Below the pieces are notes generated by a model that made no database searches, had not been told where the DNA came from, and saw only the letters and a list, made by a program, of their open reading frames with translations. Of a DNA stretch of 64,000 nucleotides, positions 1 to 8,599 are shown piece by piece; position 1 is the first letter of the stretch, and each line of letters begins with the position of its first letter. Both the position numbers and the translations under genes were made by a program. Source of the DNA: Gaiellaceae bacterium. Its GTDB lineage: Bacteria; Actinomycetota; Thermoleophilia; Gaiellales; Gaiellaceae. Location: the NCBI GenBank assembly GCA_050698015.1, contig JBOHAU010000019.1, positions 12,012-76,011 of the forward strand, in the 5' to 3' direction.

Positions 1-353
1 ACCCCGCGGGTCCGGAGGTAAGGCAGAAGCGCCGAGATCTCCTCGGTCTCGCCGCTGTTGCTCACCGCGATCACCACCTCCTCGCCGCCGATGACGCCGA
101 GGCCGCCGTGGAGGGCGTCGGTCGGATGCACAAACAGCGCTCGCGTCCCGGTGCTCGTCAGCGTCGCTGCGATCTTGCGCGCGACGATCCCGGACGTCCC
201 GGCGCCGATCGTCGCCACGGCGCCGCTGCAGCGCGCGACGAGCTCGACTGCCTCCTCGAAGTTTTTGGGATCGAGGCGGTCGGCCGCCTCGACGATCGCC
301 TGAGCCTCCTGACGTAGAAGCTCCGCGGCGGACGACGAGAGCGCGGCACTCAT
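1..353 (-). CDS. kdsD: Arabinose-5-phosphate isomerase (KdsD/KpsF type), N-terminal SIS-domain part; 3' end lies beyond the window edge
   Basis: Not in ORF track (truncated). Manual minus-strand translation from ATG at 353: MSAALSSSAAELLRQEAQAIVEAADRLDPKNFEEAVELVARCSGAVATIGAGTSGIVARKIAATLTSTGTRALFVHPTDALHGGLGVIGGEEVVIAVSNSGETEE. SIS motifs GxGxSG, ATLxSTGT, HPxxALHGxLG, SNSGET. Start forms an ATGA overlap with the stop of the upstream HAD gene. Confidence 0.85.
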   Translation of the reverse strand, partial: MSAALSSSAAELLRQEAQAIVEAADRLDPKNFEEAVELVARCSGAVATIGAGTSGIVARKIAATLTSTGTRALFVHPTDALHGGLGVIGGEEVVIAVSNSGETEEISALLPYLRTRG

Positions 354-1087
354 CGAACCCGCTCGCTCACGCCGAGCTTCTGCGGGAGTTCACTGAGGTC
401 TGCGAGAACGATGTCGGCTTCCGGCGCACGGACCGCATCGTCCTCGTAGACGCCGTTGTACCGGACGGACGTCATTCCCATGGCGGCCGCCCCGGCAACG
501 TCCGTGCGGCGCCTGTCGCCGACATGGGCGGCGCGCTCAGGCGGAACACCTCCGAGCCCCGCCAGTGCGTGCTCGAAGATTGCGCGGTGCGGCTTGTAGT
601 GGCCGACCTCGTCTGAGAAGGACATGCCGTCGAAGTACGCGGGCAGCCCGTGGCGGTCGAGTAGTTCGCGTACGACCTGCGAGGGCGTGAGGCCGATGTC
701 ACAGACGATCCCGAGGCGCACGCCGGCGCTGCGAAGCTCCTCGAGGCACTCGCGGACGCCGTCGCTGGGATGGACCGCGGCACGCCGGCCGCCCTCACTG
801 AAGCCGTCCACGAGGGCCGCCGCCGCGTCAGGGCCGAGCTGGCTGTCGAGGCGCTCGAGCATGTGGTCGACGGCCTCCTCGACCTGGAACTGCCGCCCGG
901 CCGTCCACGAGTCGACGTACTCCTGATGCGCCGCGTCGTGTGCACGCTCGAGGTCGACCTCCGGCCCCAGCGTCTCAGCCCAGACATCGAGCCGCTTCTC
1001 CTTCAGCGAACCCGGTTCCTCCCACATCAGCGTGTTCCAGAAGTCGAAGGTGACCGCCTCAACCCTGGGCTCGGAGGATTCGGTCAG
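350..1087 (-). CDS. HAD-superfamily phosphatase (subfamily IA-like, with cap domain); candidate Kdo-8-phosphate phosphatase
   Basis: C-terminal 237 aa of track ORF 350..1681(-): HAD motif I FDFWNTL, later YKPHRAIF and VGDRRRTDVAGA. The upstream 200 aa of the track ORF is an Arg/Pro-rich shadow over the real gene 1084..2553. There is no in-frame ATG/GTG/TTG between the upstream stop and motif I. CTG at 1087 gives a CTGA overlap with that stop, so the start is uncertain. Confidence 0.7.
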   Translation of the reverse strand: MTESSEPRVEAVTFDFWNTLMWEEPGSLKEKRLDVWAETLGPEVDLERAHDAAHQEYVDSWTAGRQFQVEEAVDHMLERLDSQLGPDAAAALVDGFSEGGRRAAVHPSDGVRECLEELRSAGVRLGIVCDIGLTPSQVVRELLDRHGLPAYFDGMSFSDEVGHYKPHRAIFEHALAGLGGVPPERAAHVGDRRRTDVAGAAAMGMTSVRYNGVYEDDAVRAPEADIVLADLSELPQKLGVSERVR

Positions 1088-2553
1088 AGGCCTACCCGTG
1101 CCCGCAGCTTCATCACCCGCGGATGCCGGAGAACGCCGATCTGCTGCTCGGCGACCTGGACGACCCTCCGCAGCTGCGAGGCGGCCAGTGAGAGGGCCGT
1201 TGCGACCTTCTTCTCCGGCGGCAGAGCGAGCGAGGGCTTGATGTAGCCGCGGCGGGCCAGCCGGAGCGCCTCCTGCGGATGAACGACGCCCGCCGCCCGC
1301 GCCTCGTTGAACTCGGGCTCCCACACCGTCCTGAGCGGATTCTTGTCGTTCTTCCAGGGCTGGGTCGGAACGACCGTGTAGTGGAGGAGCTTCGTCTTGG
1401 CGGGCTCGTAGTGCTCGAGGTGGTTCCACTCCGGCGGGATGCTGTCGTTGATCTCGTCCGGGTCGACCACGCAGAGCTCGAACATCAGCTGCTGGTAGTC
1501 GTAGCGACCCTCGTCGAGCCCGCCGACGATCTCCCCGACGTCCCAGTCGAGGCGCTCGCAATCGAGCATCATCACGCTCAGCTGCCGCCCGGGATGGAAC
1601 CAGGACGAGTCCTTCCACTGCTCCGGCGGCTCGTCCTGGCGTGTGCACATCACCTTCGCGCCGTCGAACGGGACCTCCCACAGCTCGGCCATGTCACCGA
1701 ACACCTGCATGTCGGCGTCGACGTAGAGCCCCCGGCCCTTGTAGCCGGCGAGCTTCGGAATGTGGAAGCGGCTGAAGGAGAAGCCCGTGCGCCCGCGGTT
1801 CTTCGGATCCTTCGGCACCGGCGTCGGCACGTCGAGCATGGGGTAGAAGCGCACGGGGCGGCTGGCGTGCTTTCGGATCGAGTACTCGAGGACGCGTGAT
1901 GCCACGATCTGCGACTCGTCGAGTCCGCAGAAGACGCGCATGGGCTCGATGAGCGGGTCGTAGTCGATCCCCCACCTGGCGACGATGTCCTCGAGCTCCC
2001 GGAACTGCGCGTCGAAGCTCGGACGTTCATTCTCCAGCGGCTGCAGGTCAGTGAACTCCCTGCCGTACTGGGTCCCGCCGTCGACGCCGAGCGTGCGCAC
2101 CTTCTTCACGCCCATCTCGCCGAGGATGTTCATCGCCGCCTCGGAGCTGAAGAAGCGAACGCCGATCTGCGGCGAGTCGCCGATCGACACGGACGTCGCG
2201 GCGTTGTACCAGACGAGCTTCTCTTGCTCGTCGAGCTCTTGGAGGACCGGTATCTCCGTGAAGTAGTCCTCGAGCCGACGCTCCGCCGGCCGGAAGTTGA
2301 TGTGCGGGCGGCGCGGCATGACGAGAAAACGGCAGTTCGAGCGGAGCGCCTCCGCGCACTTCTCGATGACGTCGACATCGATGATGTGCGCGACCTCGAC
2401 GTTCTGCTCGGCCACGACGTCGTTGAGGCCCATGAGGTTGTAGTCCTCGAGCGGGAACTCGCCTCGGCGCGAGAACGTCGGGCCCTTGCCGAGCAGCAGC
2501 CACGGCTTCGGCTCGAAGCTCGATAGCGTGATCCACTCGCGGAGTTCGATCAT
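1084..2553 (-). CDS. Two-domain glycosyltransferase: N-terminal DUF115/GT42 sialyltransferase-like domain fused to a C-terminal GT8-like (retaining) domain
   Basis: 489-aa ORF. The N-terminal part has LLLGKGPTF (compare xxGNGPSL of Cst-type/DUF115 enzymes), then MGLND and FFSSEAAMNILGEMGVKKVRTLGVDGG (compare SG..A..lG.k.i.l.G.D). The C-terminal part has GT8-like features: GLYVDADMQV (DxD), LNHLEHY and LLHYT. Confidence 0.65.
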   Translation of the reverse strand: MIELREWITLSSFEPKPWLLLGKGPTFSRRGEFPLEDYNLMGLNDVVAEQNVEVAHIIDVDVIEKCAEALRSNCRFLVMPRRPHINFRPAERRLEDYFTEIPVLQELDEQEKLVWYNAATSVSIGDSPQIGVRFFSSEAAMNILGEMGVKKVRTLGVDGGTQYGREFTDLQPLENERPSFDAQFRELEDIVARWGIDYDPLIEPMRVFCGLDESQIVASRVLEYSIRKHASRPVRFYPMLDVPTPVPKDPKNRGRTGFSFSRFHIPKLAGYKGRGLYVDADMQVFGDMAELWEVPFDGAKVMCTRQDEPPEQWKDSSWFHPGRQLSVMMLDCERLDWDVGEIVGGLDEGRYDYQQLMFELCVVDPDEINDSIPPEWNHLEHYEPAKTKLLHYTVVPTQPWKNDKNPLRTVWEPEFNEARAAGVVHPQEALRLARRGYIKPSLALPPEKKVATALSLAASQLRRVVQVAEQQIGVLRHPRVMKLRARVGL

Positions 2554-2643
2554 GCGGGAACAGGCGACGTCAACACTGCTTTAGTTGGCCGGATCGCCGG
2601 GACGGCCGTAGTAGCCCGGGCACCCTACCGAAACTCTTGAGCC

Positions 2644-4122
2644 GTGATCATCGAAAGCTCTGACAGGGAACGAGACCTGCTCGGCTCGACCGAGGCAGGG
2701 GGTCTGGCGATCCGCGGCGGGATGCTTCGCCTCGGCGGGTACGCGGCGAGCGTCGCGGTCTCCCTCGTGTCCGTCCCGGTCCTCGCCCGCCATCTAGGGG
2801 TCGAGGATTTCGGCCGCTACGTCACCGTGCTCTCGCTGATCACCATCGCGTCGATGGTGTCGGACGTCGGCCTCACCCTGGTGGGACTCAGAGAGTACGC
2901 CGTGCGCGACCATGCTGGGCGCGTTCGCCTGGTTCGCAACCTGGTGGGCCTGCGGACGCTCGTCTCCTCGATCGGCGCTGTGGGGGCGACGGTGTTCGCG
3001 GCAGCAGCGGGCTACGGCGACGCGATGGTGCTCGGCACGGCGCTCGCCGGCCTCGGTCTCGTCCTCACGATGGTCCAGCAGACGTACACGATTCCGCTTC
3101 AGGGGGACCTGCGGCTCGGCCTGGTCACCGCGTTGGACCTGGCCCGCCACACGCTGGCGGTCGTCGCCATCCTCCTGCTGGCCCTAGTGGGCGCGGGCCT
3201 GGTGGCCTTTCTCTCGATACCCGTGCCCGTGGGTGTGGTCGCGCTTGCTGCGGCGGCGCTCGCGATCCACCGGCGGTTTGACGTGCGGCCGCAATTCGAT
3301 GCTCACGAGTGGCGCTACCTGGCGCGCGAGGCGCTTCCGGTCGCGATTGCCAGCGCGATCGGCTCGTTCTTCTACCGCAGCGCGATCATCGTGCTCTCGA
3401 TCATGGCCACGGCACAGGAAACGGGGTACTTCAGCGCCTCCTTCCGTATCGTCGAGGCGATCCAGATGGTGCCCGCGCTCCTGACCGCATCGGCGTTCCC
3501 GATCGTCGCTCGTGCCGCAACGAACGACCCGAAGCGCCTCGCCTACTCACTTCAGCGACTGTTCGACATGGCCGTCATCCTCGGCGCGTGGGCTGGGCTA
3601 TGTGTCGTTCTCGGCGCGGAGCCCGCGATCCGCTTTGTTGGAGGCCCGGAGTACGAGCCTGCGGTGGAGGTCCTCCGCGTCCAGGGCATCGCCCTCGCCT
3701 TGAGCTTTCTCGTAACCGTCTGGGCCACGGGCCTCTGGGCGGTCCGCGACCAGCGCGCGCTCGCCGGGGCCAACGCCGTGGGCGTCGCAAGCGCGGTGCT
3801 CCTGACCGCGGCCCTCATCCCCGGCTACGGCGCTCTCGGGGCCGCCATCGGCATGGCGATCGCTGAGACGCTCCTCGCCGCGATCTACGCGTTCGCTCTG
3901 ATGCGCGGGCGTCCGCACTTGCGTCCGGAATTGACATCGGTCCCGAAGACCCTTGCCGCCGTTGCGGTCGCGTCCGCGGCGTGGTTCGCCCCCGTCCCCG
4001 ACCTCGTGAAGGTCGCGCTCGCCACCGTACTCTTCTTCGCTGTCCTGGCAGCGCTCCGGGGCATGCCGACCGAGATCGCACACGCGCTCAGGGAGCGGCG
4101 CCTCGGACGGCGCACGGCCTAG
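2644..4122 (+). CDS. Polysaccharide/oligosaccharide flippase, MOP superfamily (Wzx-like)
   Basis: 492-aa ORF with GTG start and about 12-14 hydrophobic segments. The N-terminus (GGLAIRGGMLRLGGYAASVAVSLVSVPVLARHLGVEDFGRY) is typical of polysaccharide biosynthesis (Wzx/RfbX-type) proteins. Confidence 0.75.
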   Translation: MIIESSDRERDLLGSTEAGGLAIRGGMLRLGGYAASVAVSLVSVPVLARHLGVEDFGRYVTVLSLITIASMVSDVGLTLVGLREYAVRDHAGRVRLVRNLVGLRTLVSSIGAVGATVFAAAAGYGDAMVLGTALAGLGLVLTMVQQTYTIPLQGDLRLGLVTALDLARHTLAVVAILLLALVGAGLVAFLSIPVPVGVVALAAAALAIHRRFDVRPQFDAHEWRYLAREALPVAIASAIGSFFYRSAIIVLSIMATAQETGYFSASFRIVEAIQMVPALLTASAFPIVARAATNDPKRLAYSLQRLFDMAVILGAWAGLCVVLGAEPAIRFVGGPEYEPAVEVLRVQGIALALSFLVTVWATGLWAVRDQRALAGANAVGVASAVLLTAALIPGYGALGAAIGMAIAETLLAAIYAFALMRGRPHLRPELTSVPKTLAAVAVASAAWFAPVPDLVKVALATVLFFAVLAALRGMPTEIAHALRERRLGRRTA

Positions 4123-4129
4123 AACGCTC

Positions 4130-4969
4130 CTAGTCGGATGCGGCGATCCGCTCGGCCAACGCGTCGCGAACGGCGATCACGTCGCCAAGGAGGCGATCGA
4201 GCATGTCCGGCGTAATCATGTTCGGACCGTCACTCGGAGCCGAGTCGGGGTCCTCGTGAGCCTCGACGAAGAGCGCGTCGATCCCCACGGCAGCGGCTGC
4301 CCGCGCGAGATGTGGCACGAACTCGCGAAGGCCGCCCGAAGCCGAGCCAAGGCCTCCCGGCTGCTGCACGCTGTGGGTGACGTCGAAGACGACGGGATAA
4401 CCAAAGCCACGTAGTTGAGGAAGGCCCCTGAAGTCGACGACGAGGTCGTTGTACCCGAACGACGTCCCGCGCTCCGTCAAGAGGATGCGTTCGCAGCCGG
4501 CCGCTTCGAGCTTGCGGACGACGTTCGCCATCTCCGGTGGAGACAGGAACTGTCCCTTCTTGACGTTGACGGCCCTTCTCGTGCCAGCCGCAGCGGTGAG
4601 GAGGTCCGTTTGGCGGCTGAGGAAGGCCGGAATCTGGATGACGTCGGCGACGGCCGCGGTCGGCTCCGCCTGCCAGCTCTCGTGGATGTCCGTGATCACC
4701 GGCACCTCCAACGCCTCCTTCAAGCGCGCGAGCGTCGCGAGGCCCTCCTCCATCCCGGGCCCTCTCGCCGATTGTCCCGAAGAGCGATTTGCCTTGTCGA
4801 AGGAGGACTTGAAGACGAACCCCACCCTGTGACGATCCGCGATTGCCCGGATCGTCTCGGCGATCCGGAGCATGAAGTCCCGCCCTTCGACCACACAAGG
4901 GCCGGCGATCAGCAGCAGGGGGTGCCCGTCGCCGACGGAGACGGAGTCCGAGATTCGGACGTCGATCAT
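4130..4969 (-). CDS. kdsA: 3-deoxy-8-phosphooctulonate synthase (Kdo-8-P synthase)
   Basis: 279 aa with [65 protein letters not shown] and VFDVTHSVQ. These are KdsA signatures rather than AroG-type DAHP synthase. Start overlaps the kdsB stop (ATGA at 4966-4969). Confidence 0.9.
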   Translation of the reverse strand: MIDVRISDSVSVGDGHPLLLIAGPCVVEGRDFMLRIAETIRAIADRHRVGFVFKSSFDKANRSSGQSARGPGMEEGLATLARLKEALEVPVITDIHESWQAEPTAAVADVIQIPAFLSRQTDLLTAAAGTRRAVNVKKGQFLSPPEMANVVRKLEAAGCERILLTERGTSFGYNDLVVDFRGLPQLRGFGYPVVFDVTHSVQQPGGLGSASGGLREFVPHLARAAAAVGIDALFVEAHEDPDSAPSDGPNMITPDMLDRLLGDVIAVRDALAERIAASD

Positions 4970-5712
4970 CGAGCAGGCTCCCCAGCACGCACCTGGCGGC
5001 GCGCCCGTTCTAGATCGTCACTCGTGTTGACCTCGAGCACGGGGCGGTCGGTCTCGCAGACGCGGATGCGGATCCCGTGTTCGAGCGCTCGGAGCTGTTC
5101 CAGGCGCTCCTGCTGCTCGAGCGGCGTCGGCGGAAGCTCGGGAAATCGCAGAACGCTCTCGCGCGTGAAGGCGTAGAGGCCCAGGTGGTGGAGCGGCTTC
5201 ACCACCGACCCTGTGTCCATCGCGTCGTGCGGGATCGAACTCCTGGAGAAGTAGAGCGCATAGCCGTTCACGTCCCGCACCACCTTGACGATGTTCGGGT
5301 CCGTCCACCACGCGGGATCCGCGAGCGGACAAGCGAGGGTGGTCATCGGCGGGAGCTCACCGGCGAGGTACGGCGAGACCAGCGTGGTGAGCATCTCGGC
5401 GGTCACGAACGGCTGGTCGCCCTGCACGTTCACGACGATGTCCGCGTCGCCGTGCCGCGCCGCCACCTCGGCAACCCTGTCGGTGCCGCTGGCGTGATCG
5501 TCGCGGGTTAGCTGGACCGTCCCGCCGAAGTCGCGCACGGTCGCGGCAATGTCCTCGCTGTCGGTCGCGACGACGACCTCGTCAAAGGCCCGACACGCCG
5601 TGGCCGCCTCGTAGACCCACTGGACGAGCGGCCGGCCGCCGAGGTCGGCGAGTGGCTTCCCGGGCAAACGGGAGGCTCCGTAACGGACGGGAACGACGGC
5701 GAGAATCTTCAC
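4966..5712 (-). CDS. kdsB: 3-deoxy-manno-octulosonate cytidylyltransferase (CMP-Kdo synthetase)
   Basis: Track ORF 4966..5832 trimmed to the GTG at 5712, giving [35 protein letters not shown]. Also [19 protein letters not shown] and YFSRSSIP, typical of KdsB. Confidence 0.85.
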   Translation of the reverse strand: MKILAVVPVRYGASRLPGKPLADLGGRPLVQWVYEAATACRAFDEVVVATDSEDIAATVRDFGGTVQLTRDDHASGTDRVAEVAARHGDADIVVNVQGDQPFVTAEMLTTLVSPYLAGELPPMTTLACPLADPAWWTDPNIVKVVRDVNGYALYFSRSSIPHDAMDTGSVVKPLHHLGLYAFTRESVLRFPELPPTPLEQQERLEQLRALEHGIRIRVCETDRPVLEVNTSDDLERARRQVRAGEPAR

Positions 5713-5748
5713 GGTGTTAGCGTGCCCGTCCTTGCGCGAGACCGCTCG

Positions 5749-6486
5749 ATGAATGACTCGACTGTGACGTTCACCAAGTACGAAACGCGCGGAGCGTACC
5801 ACTGGGCCGAGCTCGCCCACCGCTTCCCGCACAGGTACTCGTCACGTCTCCACGCACAGTACGACTGGTTCGTCGACGAAGCGCGTAAGCGTCGGACGTC
5901 ATTGATCGTCGATGTTGGTTGCGGAGACGCCGCGCTGACGTACTTGCTGGAGCAGGCGACCGGTGCCCGCGTCGTCGGGATCGAGCCCGAGCCTCTGGGA
6001 GTGGAGCTGGCACGCGAAGCGCTCGCCCGGGTGGATTCCTCGGTCGAGGTCCTTCAGGGGAGGGGCGAAGAGCTGCCCTTCGCCGACGGCGAAGCGTCTC
6101 TCGTTGTGATGTCGGAGGTCATTGAACACGCGCGCAAAGCGGATCCCCTCATCGACGAGGCAGCGAGGGTCGTCTCGGCGACCGGGGCGGTCCTTCTCTC
6201 GACGCCGCAATGGCAGAGCGATGACCTTCGGGAGCTCCATTTCAAGGAGTACACCGCCGACGAGCTGCGCGCTCTCTGCGCTGGGGCGTTCGAAGATGTG
6301 GAGGTCCTCGTTGCCGAGCCGCCAGGGCTGTACGACCGCTACATGTCGAACCCCTTTTGGCGCGTGGGGGTGGACGTCGCAAGCCTCCTAGGACGAAATC
6401 CCTTCACCAAGCGGCTTCGCGCTTCGTCCGGGCACGCCGGCTGGCGGGAGCTCTTTGCGATCGCCTCCCGCCCAAAGGTCGCCTAG
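5749..6486 (+). CDS. Class I SAM-dependent methyltransferase
   Basis: Motif I IVDVGCGDAALTYLL and post-I VVGIEPE, then LVVMSEVIEH. ATG at 5749 preferred; GTG at 5722 is the alternative. Divergent from kdsB. Confidence 0.75.
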   Translation: MNDSTVTFTKYETRGAYHWAELAHRFPHRYSSRLHAQYDWFVDEARKRRTSLIVDVGCGDAALTYLLEQATGARVVGIEPEPLGVELAREALARVDSSVEVLQGRGEELPFADGEASLVVMSEVIEHARKADPLIDEAARVVSATGAVLLSTPQWQSDDLRELHFKEYTADELRALCAGAFEDVEVLVAEPPGLYDRYMSNPFWRVGVDVASLLGRNPFTKRLRASSGHAGWRELFAIASRPKVA

Positions 6487-6495
6487 GGTCCCCGC

Positions 6496-7320
6496 ATGTT
6501 CGGGCGCGCCCAGCTGAAAACACGCGAGGAGGTCGAGCGTCGTGTCGCGGAGCTCGGCTGGTGGTACCACCATTTCGAGCTTCCGAGCGGGGTTTGGACC
6601 GGCGATGGGCAGCCGCCGGCGTACTGCCCGGCGGACCGGTGGGCGCTGATCGCGCCACACCTCCCGGACGACCTCAGCGGGAAGTCGGTGGTTGACGTGG
6701 GCGGGAACTCGGGGTACTTCAGCGTGCAGATGAAGCTGCGCGGCGCCGCGAGATGCGTGATGGTCGAACCGGTTCGCGACTTCGTCGATCAGGCGAAATT
6801 TGTCGCTTCGCAATTCGGCGTGCGCATCGAGGTCGTAAACGACGACGTCCACGCATATTGCCTCACTACGAGCGAACGGTTCGACTACGTCCTCTTCCTG
6901 GGCCTCTTCTACCACCTGAAGTACCCCGTCCTCGTACTCGATCGGCTGGCTGAGATGACGAAGACGCTGATGTTCTTTAACTCGCATATCGAGGGACCGC
7001 CCACGAGCGAGAGTGACGGAGCCGGCAAGCCGGCCGACCTCGACAGGGAGGATCTTGCTGCCGGGACGTTTCCCCGGTTGTCGTTCATTGAGGGTGCATA
7101 TCGGGGCGACCTCTCGAATTGGTGGATCCCGAACTACCAGGCGCTCGAGCCGTTGGCGCGCAGTGCCGGTCTGAGGGTGGTCGCCCGCCCGCATCCCGAG
7201 ATGCTCGTCCTCGAGCCCATGCGCCACCTCGGAACCGCGCGATATCGCCGCCTCGTCTTCCCCCGCTATGGCAAGTCGGGCGGGGCAATTTTTCCAGGAT
7301 CACCCCGAAATCGGCTGTGA
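6496..7320 (+). CDS. SAM-dependent methyltransferase, DUF1698/CmoB-like family
   Basis: 274 aa with ELGWWYHHFELPSGV, then VVDVGGNSGYFSVQM and FDYVLFLGLFYHLKYP, a pattern typical of the WYH-type (Methyltransf_9-like) family. Confidence 0.7.
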   Translation: MFGRAQLKTREEVERRVAELGWWYHHFELPSGVWTGDGQPPAYCPADRWALIAPHLPDDLSGKSVVDVGGNSGYFSVQMKLRGAARCVMVEPVRDFVDQAKFVASQFGVRIEVVNDDVHAYCLTTSERFDYVLFLGLFYHLKYPVLVLDRLAEMTKTLMFFNSHIEGPPTSESDGAGKPADLDREDLAAGTFPRLSFIEGAYRGDLSNWWIPNYQALEPLARSAGLRVVARPHPEMLVLEPMRHLGTARYRRLVFPRYGKSGGAIFPGSPRNRL

Positions 7321-7330
7321 CCGTAACGAG

Positions 7331-8542
7331 CTACCCCCGCGCTGTCACTCCTACCCGCGCCGGGCTCCGCGCTGACTGCTCGCGGCTTAGCGCGACATCG
7401 CGGCGGAGCCCAAGGACGCTCAGGAAGAACGAGCTGAAGATCACCTGGACGCCGAGCGCGACGAGCGTCACCCCGAGCAGTGCTTCGTGCTCCCGCGCCA
7501 GTGCCCCGAACCCGCCGCTTGCCCACTCGACGAAGATCGCCATCAGCAGGATCGCCCCGGCTACGAACAGCCCGAGGCCGAGCAGAAGCCCGTGCTCCAA
7601 GCGGATCCGCGACCAGGCGAGCTCCAAGCGGGGATCGCTGTCGCCGAGGTACAGCACTGCGTAGGTTCGCGCGAACAGCCCGAGCTGAACGATCTGGGCG
7701 CCGACGAGCGTCGCCGCCATGCCCACGATCATCGGGTGCTCGTACCACGTCCAGCCGAACAGGTCGATCGGCCCCATCGAGAGTGGCAGCACGATCAGCA
7801 GGCCGAGCGCGAGCAGGATCGCACCGGGAATGAGGAACAAGAAGGTCGCGCTGTGGACGAGCAGAAACCGGAGGCTCCGCCAACCGTCGCGCACGGTGTG
7901 CAGCTTCGAATCCCCGGCGCGGGCGTGGTAGTCGATCGGCACCTCGGACAGGACGACGCCGCGCTTCGCGCTTTTGAGAATCATCTCGAGCGCGAACTCC
8001 ATGCCCGTCGCCTGGAGCTCGAGTTTCGGCAGCACGGAGCGACGGAACATCCGCATCCCGCAATAGGCGTCGGAGACGCGCAGGCCGAAGAACAGGTTGA
8101 TCAGCCGGGTCAGGATCGGATTGCCCACGTGGCGATGGAGCCACGGCATCGCGCCTGTGTAGATCTCACCCCTGAGCCGCGACCCGAGCACCATCTCAGC
8201 GCCCTTGTCAATCTCGGCCATGAAGTCCTCGAGCTTGCTGAAGTCGTACGTCTCGTCGGCGTCGCCCATGACGATTACGTCGCCGCGCGCCGACCCCAGG
8301 CCTGTCAGGTACGCACGCCCGTAGCCGCGCTGCTCCTCGTGAATGACCGTGGCGCCCTCGCGCTCTGCGATCTCGACGGAGCGGTCGGTGGAGCCGTTGT
8401 CGACGACGATCACCTCGCCGGTCTTTCCGAGCCGTTCGATCCCCCTCCACGCCGAGCGGACGACGTTTCCGACGCCCTCCTCCTCGTTGAGGCACGGGAT
8501 GACGACGGAGATCTCGACAGCGGCGTCGGAGGCGGCGACCAA
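7331..8542 (-). CDS. GT2 polyprenyl-phosphate glycosyltransferase (GtrB/DPM1-like) with C-terminal transmembrane segments
   Basis: 403 aa with ISVVIPCLNEEEGV, VIVVDNGSTDRS, GDADETYD and SDAYCGMRMFRR. The C-terminal roughly 150 aa is hydrophobic (about 4 TM). Confidence 0.8.
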   Translation of the reverse strand: MVAASDAAVEISVVIPCLNEEEGVGNVVRSAWRGIERLGKTGEVIVVDNGSTDRSVEIAEREGATVIHEEQRGYGRAYLTGLGSARGDVIVMGDADETYDFSKLEDFMAEIDKGAEMVLGSRLRGEIYTGAMPWLHRHVGNPILTRLINLFFGLRVSDAYCGMRMFRRSVLPKLELQATGMEFALEMILKSAKRGVVLSEVPIDYHARAGDSKLHTVRDGWRSLRFLLVHSATFLFLIPGAILLALGLLIVLPLSMGPIDLFGWTWYEHPMIVGMAATLVGAQIVQLGLFARTYAVLYLGDSDPRLELAWSRIRLEHGLLLGLGLFVAGAILLMAIFVEWASGGFGALAREHEALLGVTLVALGVQVIFSSFFLSVLGLRRDVALSREQSARSPARVGVTARG

Positions 8543-8599
8543 AGCGCGGGCGACTGTAACAAAGCCTCGTAATTGCCCCGTAAACTCGCCTCGCGACCA

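Noticed and set aside
350-1681. 443-aa track ORF taken at face value as a long HAD protein
   Set aside because: The first roughly 200 aa are Arg/Gly/Ala/Pro-rich and lie entirely inside the better-supported 489-aa GT gene in another frame. Only the C-terminal roughly 240 aa carry HAD motifs.
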